Positions 27,659-39,000 are shown, counted from the first letter of the whole stretch. The stretch: DNA of 55,602 nt, filler included, from Nanobdellati archaeon (GCA_013152815.1; 3 parts of 3 records of this genome joined end to end with filler, not necessarily neighbours in it); one strand, 5' to 3'. Notes: generated from the letters alone by a model not told the origin. Numbers and translations are program-made.

Positions 27659-28324
27659 ATGAAGGTCCTGAAAATCGATTTTGACGGCAATCCTAACATC
27701 GGACTCTATGCCTTCGCCACCGATGAGTATTGTCTCATCGGCCAGGACGTCTCAGCAAGAGACCGCAGGCAGATAGAAAAAGTCTTAAAAGTGCCGACCT
27801 ATCCGATGACCATAGGAGGAACGTCCCTGATCGGCGTGTTTGTGAACGGCAACAGCAGGAACCTGCTCCTGCCGAGCATCACCTTCGACTATGAAAAGAA
27901 GGCGCTGGAGAAGCTGTCGATTCCCTTTCGCATCATCGAGAGCAGCCATACCGCTTTCGGCAACAACACCCTCATCGGAGAGCAGGTCTGCCTGGTCAGC
28001 GACGAGTATTCTGCCTTCGAGAAGAAACGGATCAGGGAAGCATTGGACCTCAAGACCGTCCCCGGCACCATAGGCCAGACAGGGACCGTCGGATCCCAGG
28101 CGGCCATCACCGGAAAAGGGATCTTTGTCTCTGATCAGATCGGAAAAGAGGAAGAAGCAGAACTGGTGAAGCATTTCGGCCTGCCCCTCGCCAAAGGGAC
28201 CATCAATCAACAGAACCCTTACATCCATTCAGGAATCATCGCCAACAGCAACGGCTGCGCCATCGGCTCGCACAGCAGCGGAGTCGAGATCAACGACGCA
28301 TTGCAGGCATTGGGATTCCTTTGA
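27659..28324 (+). CDS. eif6: translation initiation factor aIF6
   Basis: GNPNIGLY, TIGGTSLIG, AFGNN, GTIN...SGIIANSNG, ends ALGFL. Confidence 0.9.
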   Translation: MKVLKIDFDGNPNIGLYAFATDEYCLIGQDVSARDRRQIEKVLKVPTYPMTIGGTSLIGVFVNGNSRNLLLPSITFDYEKKALEKLSIPFRIIESSHTAFGNNTLIGEQVCLVSDEYSAFEKKRIREALDLKTVPGTIGQTGTVGSQAAITGKGIFVSDQIGKEEEAELVKHFGLPLAKGTINQQNPYIHSGIIANSNGCAIGSHSSGVEINDALQALGFL

Positions 28325-28338
28325 GGAGGTGAATCATC

Positions 28339-29292
28339 GTGTTCCATGGAAAACTATGTCTCCTGAGCGGCACATCGAACAGACCGATGGCCGAGAGTAT
28401 CGCCAGACTGCTGAAGACCGATCTCACTCCGGTGGAGATCTGCAAATTCGCCGACCATGAGATCCACATCCACATCGAGAGATCCATCAGGGACAAGGAC
28501 GTGTACATCATCGAGTCCACCAACAACCCGGGCCATGAATATCTCATGGAGCTCCTCATCCTCATCGATGCTGCCAAGCGAGCCTCGGCAGCGAGGATCA
28601 CCTGTGTCATGCCCTTCTTCGGCTATGCGAGACAGGACCGGAAATCCCGGAGCAGAGAAGCCATAACCGCAAAGCTCGTCGCCAACATGCTGACGACCGC
28701 CGGTGCAAATAGGATAATCTCTGCAGACCTCCATGCCGACCAGATACAGGGATTCTTCGACATCCCGCTGGACCACATCAGGGGACTGCCCATCATCGCA
28801 GAGCATTTCAAGCAGCAGAACATCAGGGACCTGGTGGTGGTGTCTCCTGACCAGGGCGGCATCAAGATCAACAGGGAGATGGCCAACAGGCTGGGTGCGC
28901 CGCTGGTCATCATGGAGAAGTCCCGTTCCAAGAAAAAGCACAACACCCTCGACGACATGATGATCCTGGGAGAGGTCAAGGGAAAGAACATCGTCATGAT
29001 CGATGACGAGATCAACACCGCCGGCACCATGGCCAGGGCGTGCACCATGCTCCGGAAGGCAGGGGCGAAGGACATCAGGGTATCCTGCACCCATGCAGTC
29101 TTTGCAGGACCGGCCGTGGAACGGCTGGACGCATGCAAGCTCAAGGAGATCGTCGTCCTGGACACCATCTCACAGGAAGGCCGGAAGCAGCCGAAGAATC
29201 TCACCGTACTCTCCATCGCTCCGGTGCTCGCGACCATCATCGACATCATCAACACCTCGAAACCCATGGGGATATATCTTGACAAACTCTGA
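28339..29292 (+). CDS. prs: ribose-phosphate pyrophosphokinase
   Basis: PFFGYARQDRK, DLHADQIQGFFDIP, VVSPD, IDDEINTAGT. Confidence 0.95.
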   Translation: MFHGKLCLLSGTSNRPMAESIARLLKTDLTPVEICKFADHEIHIHIERSIRDKDVYIIESTNNPGHEYLMELLILIDAAKRASAARITCVMPFFGYARQDRKSRSREAITAKLVANMLTTAGANRIISADLHADQIQGFFDIPLDHIRGLPIIAEHFKQQNIRDLVVVSPDQGGIKINREMANRLGAPLVIMEKSRSKKKHNTLDDMMILGEVKGKNIVMIDDEINTAGTMARACTMLRKAGAKDIRVSCTHAVFAGPAVERLDACKLKEIVVLDTISQEGRKQPKNLTVLSIAPVLATIIDIINTSKPMGIYLDKL

Positions 29293-29322
29293 ACAGGGCA
29301 AGGGGAGAAGCAGGTAAGCGCC

Positions 29323-29727
29323 ATGGCTGAGACGAAAAAAGACATCCAGCAGGAATATGCAAAGCTCCAGATGCTGGACGAACAGATCAAGATGCTCCAG
29401 AAACAGCTCGAGACCTATGAAGCCCAGCTGGTGGAGATCATGAACATGAAGACAGCCATCGAAGAGTTCAGCAAGGTGCGTCCGGGAACCGAGATGCTCG
29501 TCCCCATCGGACCGGGCATCTTCGTGAAGGGTTCGGTCATGGACACGAAGAACCTCACCATCAGCGTCGGAGCAGGGACCGCGGTCTCCAAGACGCTGGA
29601 CGAGGGGAAAGGACTGCTCGACCTCCAGGCCAGGGATGTGGAACAGGCCAGGATGACGGTGCTCAAGGAGACCGAGAGGATCATCGAGCAGGCACGGAAG
29701 ATAGAGAAAGAGATACTCTCAGCATAG
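29323..29727 (+). CDS. pfdA: prefoldin alpha subunit
   Basis: Coiled coils flanking EMLVPIGPGIFVKG...ISVGAG; lies before ftsY. Confidence 0.92.
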   Translation: MAETKKDIQQEYAKLQMLDEQIKMLQKQLETYEAQLVEIMNMKTAIEEFSKVRPGTEMLVPIGPGIFVKGSVMDTKNLTISVGAGTAVSKTLDEGKGLLDLQARDVEQARMTVLKETERIIEQARKIEKEILSA

Positions 29728-29736
29728 GTGGACAGG

Positions 29737-31410
29737 ATGTTCAAATTCCTCAAAGACAAGCTCAAGTCAGCAATCAGCAAGTTCTCCAAGGATGTCGAAG
29801 AGCAGGCAGAGGATATCCCTCCTGCAGAAGATCAGGAAAAGCAGGAGGAAGAGCCGGCGCAGCCCGCCCCTGTCGAAGAGCAGGAACCGGTGGAGACGAG
29901 CGCGCCGCAGGAGGATCATCCTGCCGAAGAAGAAAAAGAACCTGCAAAGGAGGAGAAGGACGACAGAAGAGAGGAAGAGCCGGAAGCAGAAGAAGCGGAA
30001 CAGGAGACTCTGAAGGACAAGGAGACAGAAGAAAAAAAGGAGCTGCCCGAGGGACCGGCCGAGAAGAAAGAAGAACCTGCAAAAGAAGAAGAGCCCCTTG
30101 AAAAGGAAGAACGCCCGAAGAGAACAGCGACACCAGAGGAAGAGAAGCCCGAAGAAGAGCTACCAACAATAGAAGCGCCCCATCCAAAGAGAGGATTCTT
30201 CGCAAAGCTCAAGGAGAAGATGGGCCATCAGGAACATCCTGCTGAAAGTGAAGAAGGACATACGCCCGCAAAAGGAGCGGAACAGGACATCACCGAGGAG
30301 ACACCCAAAGAACAGACAGCAGAGAAGAAGATAACAGAAAAACAAGAAGAAAAAGCAGAAGAGACGAAGAGACGGGAGACAGCAGAAAAGAAAGAAGCAC
30401 CAGCAACACAGAAGCCGCAGGAAGAAGAGACGGCAGCGCAACCCGAACCGAGACCATCAGAGGTGAAGGAACCGGAGAGCGAAGTCCCGGAGGAGAAGGA
30501 CAAGGGGACAGGGGAGCAGGAACGCAAGAAAGGCGTATTCTCATTCATCACAGAGAAGATCACCAAGAAGACCCTCTCTGCATCGAAATTCCAGGACCTG
30601 TTCTATGAGCTGGAGATCGCGCTCATGGAGAACAATGTCGCCCTGGAGGTCATCGAGAAGATCAAGGAGGACCTCAAGGAGAAGATCGTCGGCATACCGC
30701 TTCCGAGAGGGAAGATCGAGAACATCATCATCGATTCTTTGGTAGAGTCCATCCGCTCATTGTTCGCAGAAGAAGGCTTCGACCTGCTGAAGAGAGCAGA
30801 AGGAAAGAAGCCCTATGTCATCTGCTTCCTCGGCATCAACGGCAGCGGAAAGACCACCTCCATCGCGAAGATCGCACACCTGCTCCTGGCAGCAGGCAAG
30901 TCCGTTGTCCTGGCTGCTGCAGACACCTTCCGGGCAGCGGCCATCGATCAGCTGCAGCTGCATGCAGACCGGCTGGGCGTCAAGCTCATCAAGCATGACT
31001 ACGGGGCAGACGCCGCGGCGGTCGCCTTCGACGCGGTCAGGCACGCAGAGGCGAAGGGCGCGGACTTCGTCCTCATCGACACGGCAGGAAGGATGCACAG
31101 CAACGTGAACCTCCAGGACGAGCTCAAGAAGATCGTCAGGGTGGCGAAACCAGACCTCAAGATCTTCGTCGGCGAGGCCATAACAGGGAATGACTGTGTC
31201 GAGCAGGCCGTCAAGTTCAACGAGATCGTCGGCATCGACGCCATCATCCTCACCAAGGCGGACGTGGACGAAAAAGGGGGTGCCTTCGTCTCGGTCTCCT
31301 ATGTCACCAAGAAACCCATCGCCTTCATCGGCATGGGCCAGGAGTACGAAGACCTGAAACCCTTCTCTGTCAAATTGGTCATGGAGAACCTCGGACTCGC
31401 CGGGGAATGA
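29737..31410 (+). CDS. ftsY: SRP receptor FtsY with long acidic N-terminal region
   Basis: GINGSGKTTSIAK, DTFRAAA, DTAGR, TKAD, GMGQEYEDL. Confidence 0.96.
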   Translation: MFKFLKDKLKSAISKFSKDVEEQAEDIPPAEDQEKQEEEPAQPAPVEEQEPVETSAPQEDHPAEEEKEPAKEEKDDRREEEPEAEEAEQETLKDKETEEKKELPEGPAEKKEEPAKEEEPLEKEERPKRTATPEEEKPEEELPTIEAPHPKRGFFAKLKEKMGHQEHPAESEEGHTPAKGAEQDITEETPKEQTAEKKITEKQEEKAEETKRRETAEKKEAPATQKPQEEETAAQPEPRPSEVKEPESEVPEEKDKGTGEQERKKGVFSFITEKITKKTLSASKFQDLFYELEIALMENNVALEVIEKIKEDLKEKIVGIPLPRGKIENIIIDSLVESIRSLFAEEGFDLLKRAEGKKPYVICFLGINGSGKTTSIAKIAHLLLAAGKSVVLAAADTFRAAAIDQLQLHADRLGVKLIKHDYGADAAAVAFDAVRHAEAKGADFVLIDTAGRMHSNVNLQDELKKIVRVAKPDLKIFVGEAITGNDCVEQAVKFNEIVGIDAIILTKADVDEKGGAFVSVSYVTKKPIAFIGMGQEYEDLKPFSVKLVMENLGLAGE

Positions 31411-31594
31411 AGAAGAAACAAAGAAAAACACATGACCTTTCTTTTTCGGCGAAGTCATCACATCACTTTATCTTCGCGTGCCGGTTCTGGACCTGGAGAG
31501 GTCAGCCCCATCCCTTTATAAGTCATTCTGTTTTAATCACTACATAATAACAAAAATATTAAAAATGTTAGGCGATTCTCAATAAGTCCACAGC

Positions 31595-32269
31595 ATGAAA
31601 AGAGGAACGTCCATGGACATCATCAAACTCAAGGAGGAACAGCTCAAGCTGGCGAAGAAGATCTCCCTTGAGGACGGGTTCTCAGAGATCAATCTCATAG
31701 CAGGAGCAGACCAGATCATGGTCGGCGACAGCATCCTGTCCGTCATTGTCGTGCTGGACGCAGAGAGCCTGAAGATAGTGGACGCAGCCCATGTGGTGCA
31801 GAAGCCGAAGTTCAAGTATATCCCAGGACTCCTTGCGTATCGGGAGAGCCCCATCATGGTGGAAGCGTTCTCGAAGCTCAGGAGACGGCCGGACCTGCTG
31901 TTCGTCAAGGGGAACGGCATCCTCCACCCCAGAGGCATAGGACTGGCAAGTCACGTTGGCCTGCTGCTCGATGTCCCCACCATCGGAGTCGCAAAAAAGC
32001 TCGTCCTCGGAAAAGAAGAGCAGGAAGCACTTTATATTGATGACAAGCTGGTAGGATTCTCTCTTATGACAAGAGAGCATGCGAAACCCATCTACATCTC
32101 ACCAGGACACCTCATCAGTCTCGATTCTGCCAGAGAAGTTACCGAAAGGTTCTGTATCGGACAGAAGATGCCGGAACCCCTGCATATCGCCCACAGGATG
32201 GGCGCCAAACTCAAGAGACCTCTGAACCAAGAAGGAATAGAAGATTCTGGAATCAGCCAAAAAGAATAA
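31595..32269 (+). CDS. nfi: endonuclease V family (one catalytic Asp replaced)
   Basis: IAGAD, YIPGLLAYRE, GILHPRGIGLASHVG, PTIGVAK, PIYISPGH, PEP. Confidence 0.9.
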   Translation: MKRGTSMDIIKLKEEQLKLAKKISLEDGFSEINLIAGADQIMVGDSILSVIVVLDAESLKIVDAAHVVQKPKFKYIPGLLAYRESPIMVEAFSKLRRRPDLLFVKGNGILHPRGIGLASHVGLLLDVPTIGVAKKLVLGKEEQEALYIDDKLVGFSLMTREHAKPIYISPGHLISLDSAREVTERFCIGQKMPEPLHIAHRMGAKLKRPLNQEGIEDSGISQKE

Positions 32270-32336
32270 TTGGATGACTGTCTCTAACCACTAAAAAATA
32301 GTAACATTTATATACCTCTCTTTCTCAAACAGCCCC

Positions 32337-32987
32337 ATGAGCGAATCAGGTGGAGAAGAAGCTCCCTCCGGAGAAAGTGCAGAAGGCATAGAGGGAACTC
32401 TGGAAGAGGCAGAAGGCCACCCGAAGGATATAGACCAGGGTGTCTTGACCATCATCCTCAACGAAGAGACCGGCGAGATGGTGATGGACGACAGGCCAGG
32501 CCTCTATGCGGTTGCTGAGACTGTCCAGGAAGGGGAAGCCTATAAAGAGACCATGGAACGCGGCCTCCATGAAGAGCTCGCTCCAGAGGATTCGGTGGAT
32601 GCGCTCCTTGCTCTTGAACCAGAGAACATCGGCAGATACACCCATCATATTGAGGGAACCGACAGGGAAGGGACTACGACAATCTATCTTCTCCGGATCA
32701 ACCCGAAAGAGCACAGCAACCATGCAGCCATCTGGGAGAAGGCGACAACACTCTATGCCCGGACCGGAACAGAAGGGGCAGACGCCGGAAAGATCATGAT
32801 AGAATCACTGGATGAGCTAGCAAGACTTCCAAAGGAACGCTTTGCCTACAATTTCAAGTTCTTTGTCGACGCCCTCACAAGGATGCAATATAGCGACAGA
32901 CCCTACATGCTGATGAAAATCGGCATCAAGCCAGACGGCAATACCGCCCCCAAGACCATGGACTTCTCCTACTTCCGCCTGAACTAG
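32337..32987 (+). CDS. divergent Nudix-like protein
   Basis: AETVQEGEAYKETMERGLHEEL approximates the Nudix box. Confidence 0.6.
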   Translation: MSESGGEEAPSGESAEGIEGTLEEAEGHPKDIDQGVLTIILNEETGEMVMDDRPGLYAVAETVQEGEAYKETMERGLHEELAPEDSVDALLALEPENIGRYTHHIEGTDREGTTTIYLLRINPKEHSNHAAIWEKATTLYARTGTEGADAGKIMIESLDELARLPKERFAYNFKFFVDALTRMQYSDRPYMLMKIGIKPDGNTAPKTMDFSYFRLN

Positions 32988-33032
32988 CAGCACACAGCAG
33001 GAAAGAAAAAGCCACAGAACCTTACAGAATCT

Positions 33033-33326
33033 CTACAGACCCATGCCCATGGTCGCGCGCAACTCCTCTGAGGGTTCCCAGGGAGGCGTGAAGGTTATCT
33101 CCACCTCTGCCTCGTCGACATCGTCAAGTCTCTCTATCGCCTCCTTCACCTCGTCGACGAGCAAGGGCCCATAGGGACAGCCGGGGAAGGTGAAGGTCAT
33201 CAGCACCTGCACCTTCTTCTTTTCTATCCTGATGTCATAGATAAGACCAAGGGTGAAGATGTCGATGTGGATCTCAGGATCCTCGACGGTCTTGAGGGCC
33301 TCTTCAATCTGCTGCCGGGTCGCCAT
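33033..33326 (-). CDS. DUF59/SufT metal-sulfur cluster assembly factor
   Basis: VEDPEIHIDIFTLGLIY, MTFTFPGCP, TFTPPWEP. Confidence 0.92.
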   Translation of the reverse strand: MATRQQIEEALKTVEDPEIHIDIFTLGLIYDIRIEKKKVQVLMTFTFPGCPYGPLLVDEVKEAIERLDDVDEAEVEITFTPPWEPSEELRATMGMGL

Positions 33327-33527
33327 GCACCTGCCGGCGTGAACACAGATATAAATATATTGTGAAAGCGACGACCATCATGAAACCCTCATGATTCTGA
33401 TGCATGTCAGAACCATGGCCAGAATACGGTCTTTCCTGTCCTGATTAGACGGTCCTGTCCTGATCAGGCAATCGATGTAGCCCGATGACGCAAAAACCAT
33501 AAATACAGCGTTCCTTCATGAAGGCAG

Positions 33528-33866
33528 ATGAACATCCACCGGGAAGGGAACATCTACAAAGTAGAATCTGCCTCCAAGAAAGGGAGATTCTACACGGTTG
33601 ACGTCGCCCAGAGGACCTGCGACTGTCCTGCCTTCCGCTTCAGATACCAGAAGAGAGGTCTCCTCTGCAAGCACCTGGAAGCTGCCATCGACTATGATGA
33701 GGAGTTCGGCCATGAACGTTATCAGAAGGTCATCGATCTCGTCAGGAAGGAAGGACCCATCAACACCGTAACCATCCTGGAGATGTTCGACGAGGACACG
33801 GTCAATGAGCTCATACAGAAAGGGGAACTCATCGAGGAGAGGGGGAAGCTTCGGATATTGGATTAA
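33528..33866 (+). CDS. SWIM zinc-finger protein
   Basis: YTVD...CDCPAF...CKHL. Confidence 0.85.
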   Translation: MNIHREGNIYKVESASKKGRFYTVDVAQRTCDCPAFRFRYQKRGLLCKHLEAAIDYDEEFGHERYQKVIDLVRKEGPINTVTILEMFDEDTVNELIQKGELIEERGKLRILD

Positions 33867-33898
33867 TTTTATAAACACGCCTGCAAACCTCATCATCC

Positions 33899-34020
33899 AT
33901 GTTGAGCGACAAGGAACGCAAGCGACAGTTCAAGAAGGAGGCCAGCAAAGACCCTGAGAAGTTCTACGCGGTCTCTGTCCTCAAGAAAGAAGGATTTGAA
34001 CGCAGACGATGCAGCTGCGG
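33899..34020 (+). CDS. alaS: alanine--tRNA ligase, N-terminal fragment (cut by gap)
   Basis: MLSDKERKRQFKKEASKDPEKFYAVSVLKKEGFERRRCSCG resembles archaeal AlaRS N-termini (GF-x-R-xx-C-x-CG). Confidence 0.65.
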
Positions 34021-34120
34021 NNNNNNNNNNNNNNNNNNNNNNNNNNNNNNNNNNNNNNNNNNNNTTAATTAATTAANNNNNNNNNNNNNNNNNNNNNNNN
34101 NNNNNNNNNNNNNNNNNNNN
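34021..34120. other. artificial contig linker
   Basis: N-run containing TTAATTAATTAA. Confidence 0.97.
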
Positions 34121-34789
34121 CTGAAGGAGGGGTTCAATGATGTCCTGCTGGTGGCGGTGGATGCTGCCGGCAACATGGCAAACCATTCGGTCTCCTTCTG
34201 GATCGACAGCAGACTCCCTCGCATCACCAAGACGCTGCCTGACGGAAGGCGCGACTATGCCACCGGAACCTTCGCTCTTGAATATAACGAAGAAAATGTC
34301 GATGAGGTCGCTCTCTATTACTGGTTCAATGACGATCCGCAGCCGCTCACGCCTCAGGCAACCCGAACTGACTGTCCATCGGGAACAAGAGCCCACTGCA
34401 CCATCAACGTCAGTCTTGCTGACCACGATGCAGAGGATGTCTCCTACTATTTCACGCTGCTCGACAAGGGAGGCAATGAGGTCACGTCCCATCCTGTCTA
34501 TGATGTTGAGATCGATGCCAGGAAGCCGACCCTCCATGTCTACAGTCCCCTTGATGGGGTCAACCAGTCACGGCTGGTCTTGTTCAATCTCACCGTAGAC
34601 GATGTCGGTGAGCGGGAAGCGACCCTGACCTACTCTGACAACGGACGGCGAGACACAAGGTTGTGTTCACGATGCCATGCCTATGCAAGGTCACGTGGCT
34701 TCAGCAGAGGAACCCATGAACTGCTCATCAAGGCGGTGGACAAGGCAGGGAACGTGGACCAGAAGCTCGTCTCCTTCGTCGTGGAATAG
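34121..34789 (+). CDS. C-terminal part of an Ig-like-domain surface protein (5' truncated)
   Basis: Open from the gap edge; repeated (A)VD(A/K)AGN Ig-like motifs. Confidence 0.8.
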   Translation: MKEGFNDVLLVAVDAAGNMANHSVSFWIDSRLPRITKTLPDGRRDYATGTFALEYNEENVDEVALYYWFNDDPQPLTPQATRTDCPSGTRAHCTINVSLADHDAEDVSYYFTLLDKGGNEVTSHPVYDVEIDARKPTLHVYSPLDGVNQSRLVLFNLTVDDVGEREATLTYSDNGRRDTRLCSRCHAYARSRGFSRGTHELLIKAVDKAGNVDQKLVSFVVE

Positions 34790-35148
34790 GTATGTGAGGC
34801 ACCTGTGTCCTCTTTTTCTTTTCTTCTTTCTCTTTCTTTTGTCGCTTCTTGTTATTGCTTCTTGATGTGATTGTCTGTGTAACTCCCCGGTCACGTGTTC
34901 TCATCGAAAATAAGGGAAAATACGGTCCTGAGCAGGGAACTCTCTCCCTTTTCTTCTCTTCTCTCGTCGATAAATGATGTAATTACTTCTTTTTGATGAC
35001 ATTTCACCTTTAAAAGGATTTAGCGCTTTTCCTGTAATAATGTTTATATATCAAACCCGGTTCTACTTTCGTCAGTGTGCAGTAACACTAGGTAAGTGTC
35101 ACTGTGCAGGCAACAAGGATTCGTTCACCATCGACGAGGGGGGTAACC

Positions 35149-35823
35149 ATGAACACTCAAAACATCTATCGCATCTTTGTCTTCAGCCTGATGCTTCTGG
35201 CAAGCATCGCCATGGTCAATGGCCTGTCTGCATCCATCGGCAACGCACGCATGGTCCTGCAGACACAGGTCGCATCGGACAAGATGGTCTTTGTGGAGCG
35301 GTCCATCAAGGTCATCAACATCAACAACGTCTCGGTCAATGTCCACCTGACACCTCTGGGCAATCTCACGGGCATCACCCAGATACTCGACAATGACATC
35401 CTGCTCCAGCCCGGAGAGTCGAAGGATGCCCGATTCAAGGTCCAGATCCTGGAGCCGGGGTTCTACGAAGGCCTCATCGCCGTCGGGTTCTCAGAGGTCG
35501 GACCAGACGCACGTGCAGGCGGCGTCGGTCTCCAGTCAAACATCATCATCAATGCCCAGCTGAACGAATCCGCTCCTGGTTTCGACAAGCCGGCCACGCC
35601 TCCTCCGACAGAGGACGGCAACGAAGGACCTGCCGACGGATCAGGAACGGCTTCTGCGGGGAACAGCTCCGGAGCCGCAACGTCTGAGACGGCGCCTGTC
35701 CCTTCAACTGCCACTGTGCAGAAGACCGGAGGTCCGGACACGCTCATCGGGATCCTCATCATCATCGTCATCCTGGCCATCGGCATCGTCGGCTATCTGG
35801 TCTTCACGAAACGACTCAGGTGA
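35149..35823 (+). CDS. secreted, C-terminally anchored Ig-like protein
   Basis: Signal peptide, Ig-like core, S/T/G/P linker, C-terminal TM helix plus KRLR. Confidence 0.8.
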   Translation: MNTQNIYRIFVFSLMLLASIAMVNGLSASIGNARMVLQTQVASDKMVFVERSIKVININNVSVNVHLTPLGNLTGITQILDNDILLQPGESKDARFKVQILEPGFYEGLIAVGFSEVGPDARAGGVGLQSNIIINAQLNESAPGFDKPATPPPTEDGNEGPADGSGTASAGNSSGAATSETAPVPSTATVQKTGGPDTLIGILIIIVILAIGIVGYLVFTKRLR

Positions 35824-36034
35824 CCTTTTTTTCATTATCGCTCCATTATCGCCTGTGATACGCGCCAGGCAGGCAGACGACAGGCAGACGACAGACAGAC
35901 AAAAAGGGGGTTCAGACAAACAGGGGTTGTGTGAGCTGGGAAGTGTGGAATCCAATCATATCCACTCACCTCCACAATCAACACCACTGACCAGAACACC
36001 ACGGATCAACATTCAACGAGAGAGGGGAGAAACA

Positions 36035-39000
36035 ATGCAACACAACAAATGGATCATCAGTGTCATGGCCTTGCTCATCATCACCCTTGCCCTTCCTTCG
36101 GGCCTGGGTGCCTCGGATGATGTGGCCTATATCGTACCTGACCCGTCATCGGTCTCTTCAACGGTCCAGAGCAGCATCGAAGAGCTGGGCCTCCAGGTGA
36201 CCATCATCGACGACAGCGAACTCTCGACCACCGACTTCTCGTCGTTCGCCTTCATCATCGTCGGCGAGGGCTATTTCCCCAATCCTGGCCTCATCCCGGT
36301 GAACCAGATGCCTTCCCTGGTCCTCAACACCAACCACTACGCCTCCTGGGGCCTCGCGACCTCCATCTCCCAGGTCTCTTCCTCTGCTCCTCTCTGGAAC
36401 CAGGTGCCTGACCCGACGAACTACATCTCCTACGGCTTCCCTTCCAGCATCCAGGTCTACACCAGCTGCTGTGCATCGAACGGCATCAACCTCCCCTATT
36501 ATTATTTCGAATGGCCCGACGTGGCAAGCGGCGCTGATGCGATCACGACGCCCATGTTCAACGACTATCATCATGTCATCTCTGCCTACGATGAGGGTAC
36601 CACCATGAAGAACGGCGTCGTCTCGGACGCGAAGACCGTGTTCTTCGGCATCACCAAGTCAGACTACTGGACCGACGACTCCAAGACGCTCTTCCAGCGT
36701 TCCGCCCTCTGGCTCATCGATGACGGCCTTCCCCCTTCCCTCACCGACCTCTCGGTGCATGACATCACCGCCTCCCAGGCGACGGTCAGCTGGCAGACGA
36801 CCACGCCATCGACCAGCGTAGTCCACTACGGGACGACCCCTTCGCTCGGTCTCACTGCAGAGAACACCGACCTGGTCTTCGGCCACGACATGCTGCTCTC
36901 TTCGCTCGCTCAGGCCACTACTTATTACTATCAGGCGACGTCCTGCACCTTCGACGGAGCCTGTGACACCTCTGACCTGGACACCTTCACCACGAAGGAT
37001 CCGGTGGCTCCGATCATCAGCAACCTGGAGGACGGCAGCAGCCCTGCAAGCAACCTGGTCACCTTCACCTGGGACACAGACAAGGCAGCAGATTCTGCCA
37101 TCCATATCTACGATGACGCCGACCCCGCCATCGACGCATCCTCTTCATCCCTGACCCTGGCCCATGATCTGCAGGCCAACGTGCTTCCGTTGACCTTCTA
37201 CCGGTACACGGCAACCTCCTGCAACATCGACGGCTACTGCTCGACGTCTGACGAAGGCTCCTTCGTCCTGGTGGACGGTTTCGACACCGACGCCCCGATA
37301 TTTACCGACGTGACCCACTCTGGCTTGCTCTTCGACAAGAACAGCCCGCTCCTGGGCACCGGCGTCAACATCTCACTGGACGCTGTCGACGATTTCAGCA
37401 TCGCTTCGATAACCTACGACGTGCGGGACGACCTGGGACAGGTCGTCTGCGGCGACGACTGCTTCACCCGTACCTCATCGACATTCGACAGTCCCCAGCA
37501 GTCCTATCCGCAGGTCGATGAATCGGTCCATTTCGAGACATCGCTCGACGACGGCACCTACAGCATCTTCATCACAGCGACCGATCTCGCCGGCAACAGC
37601 CAGGAGCACGAGATAGCAGATCTTGTCCTTTCCATGGCAGTGGACATCACCGACCCGGTCATCACTGACTTCCATACGGTCTCGGTGACCGATGATACGG
37701 CGACCCTTGCCTGGGAGACCGACGATCCCACGCTCGGAACCCTTACCTACACCCTGGCCGGAGATGCTTCTTTGCAGGCGAGCGAGACAGGCTACGCGAC
37801 AGCCCATGGGTTCACCCTCACCGGCCTTGCCGACCGATCAGACTACACCGTCTCGGTCGACGCATGCAACGATGACGGGCTTTGCACCCCATCGGACGAG
37901 CTCTCCTTCACCACCCTTCCCGCTCCGGACCATGAGGGGCCGGCCATCACGCTGCTCGCGCCTGACGACAACATCCTTGTGGATGACCCTTCCCAGGAGT
38001 TCCGTTTCAGCGCCACCGACTACAATGCCATCTCCTACTGCCGGCTGCTGATCAACGACGGCCAGAAACAGGTCTGGAACAACGTCTCTGACGGAGAGAT
38101 CATCTCGTCCACCCAGAGCCTGCCGCTGGTGAAGAACACCTGGCAGGTGGAATGCGAGGACGATCAGGGCAACCTGGGGCTGAGCGAACTCCGTCACATC
38201 GAGCTCTCCTCTCCCCCTTCCATCGAGAACGTCGGGGCCACCACCCCTGTCGATGAAGGCGAGCCCTACACCATCTCCTTCCGGGCAGAGGACGAGAACG
38301 ACGACCTGGTGCAGGCCGCAGTATATGAGGACGGCACCCTCATCTTCTCCGATGACACGGTCTCCTCAGGGGACCTCTTCAGCATCGACCTGGTAAAGGG
38401 ATATGAAGATGCCGGCAATTACACCTACACGCTCTTCGTCGTGGATGCCCAGAACCAGAACGCCTCAGAGACCTTCACCATCGAAGTGCTCGACAAGCCC
38501 TATCTCGTCATCAACGAGTTCGCGGTCTTCGCAGACGGCAACGCCTCCATCGAGCTCTACCAGGACGGCGACATCCCCGTGGACCTTTTCAACATGTCGG
38601 TGCGGTTCTCCTCCACCGGCGAGATCCTTCCTCTGGAACAGGGCATCAGGCTCTTCCCGGGAGACTACGCAGTCTACACCTTCCCCTATTTCGGCGCAGA
38701 TCCTGTGAGCGGAGCCGTGGACGAAGAACTGACCCTCTTCTCCCCGGAAGGCATCGAGCTGGACCAGGTCGCCTTCGGCGACTATGCCGACCAGGACATC
38801 TCAGACAACGCACCCGCTCCCATCGCCGATGCGACCTTCCCGGAGAGCGCGGCCCGTCTTCCTGACGGGACCGACACAGACCATGACTCTGCCGACTTCC
38901 AGCTGATCCCCCGTCCCACGCTCGGCTACGAGAACGACCATACCGCCGACGATGACAGTGACGGCTACGATTTTCACAGCGACTGCGATGATTTCGACCC

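Noticed and set aside
35855..36034. N-terminal extensions in the ORF track (adhesin; also tal, dnaK, the LiaF-like gene and the UppS-like gene)
   Set aside because: Downstream ATGs with SD or TATA context and family-typical N-termini are better starts.
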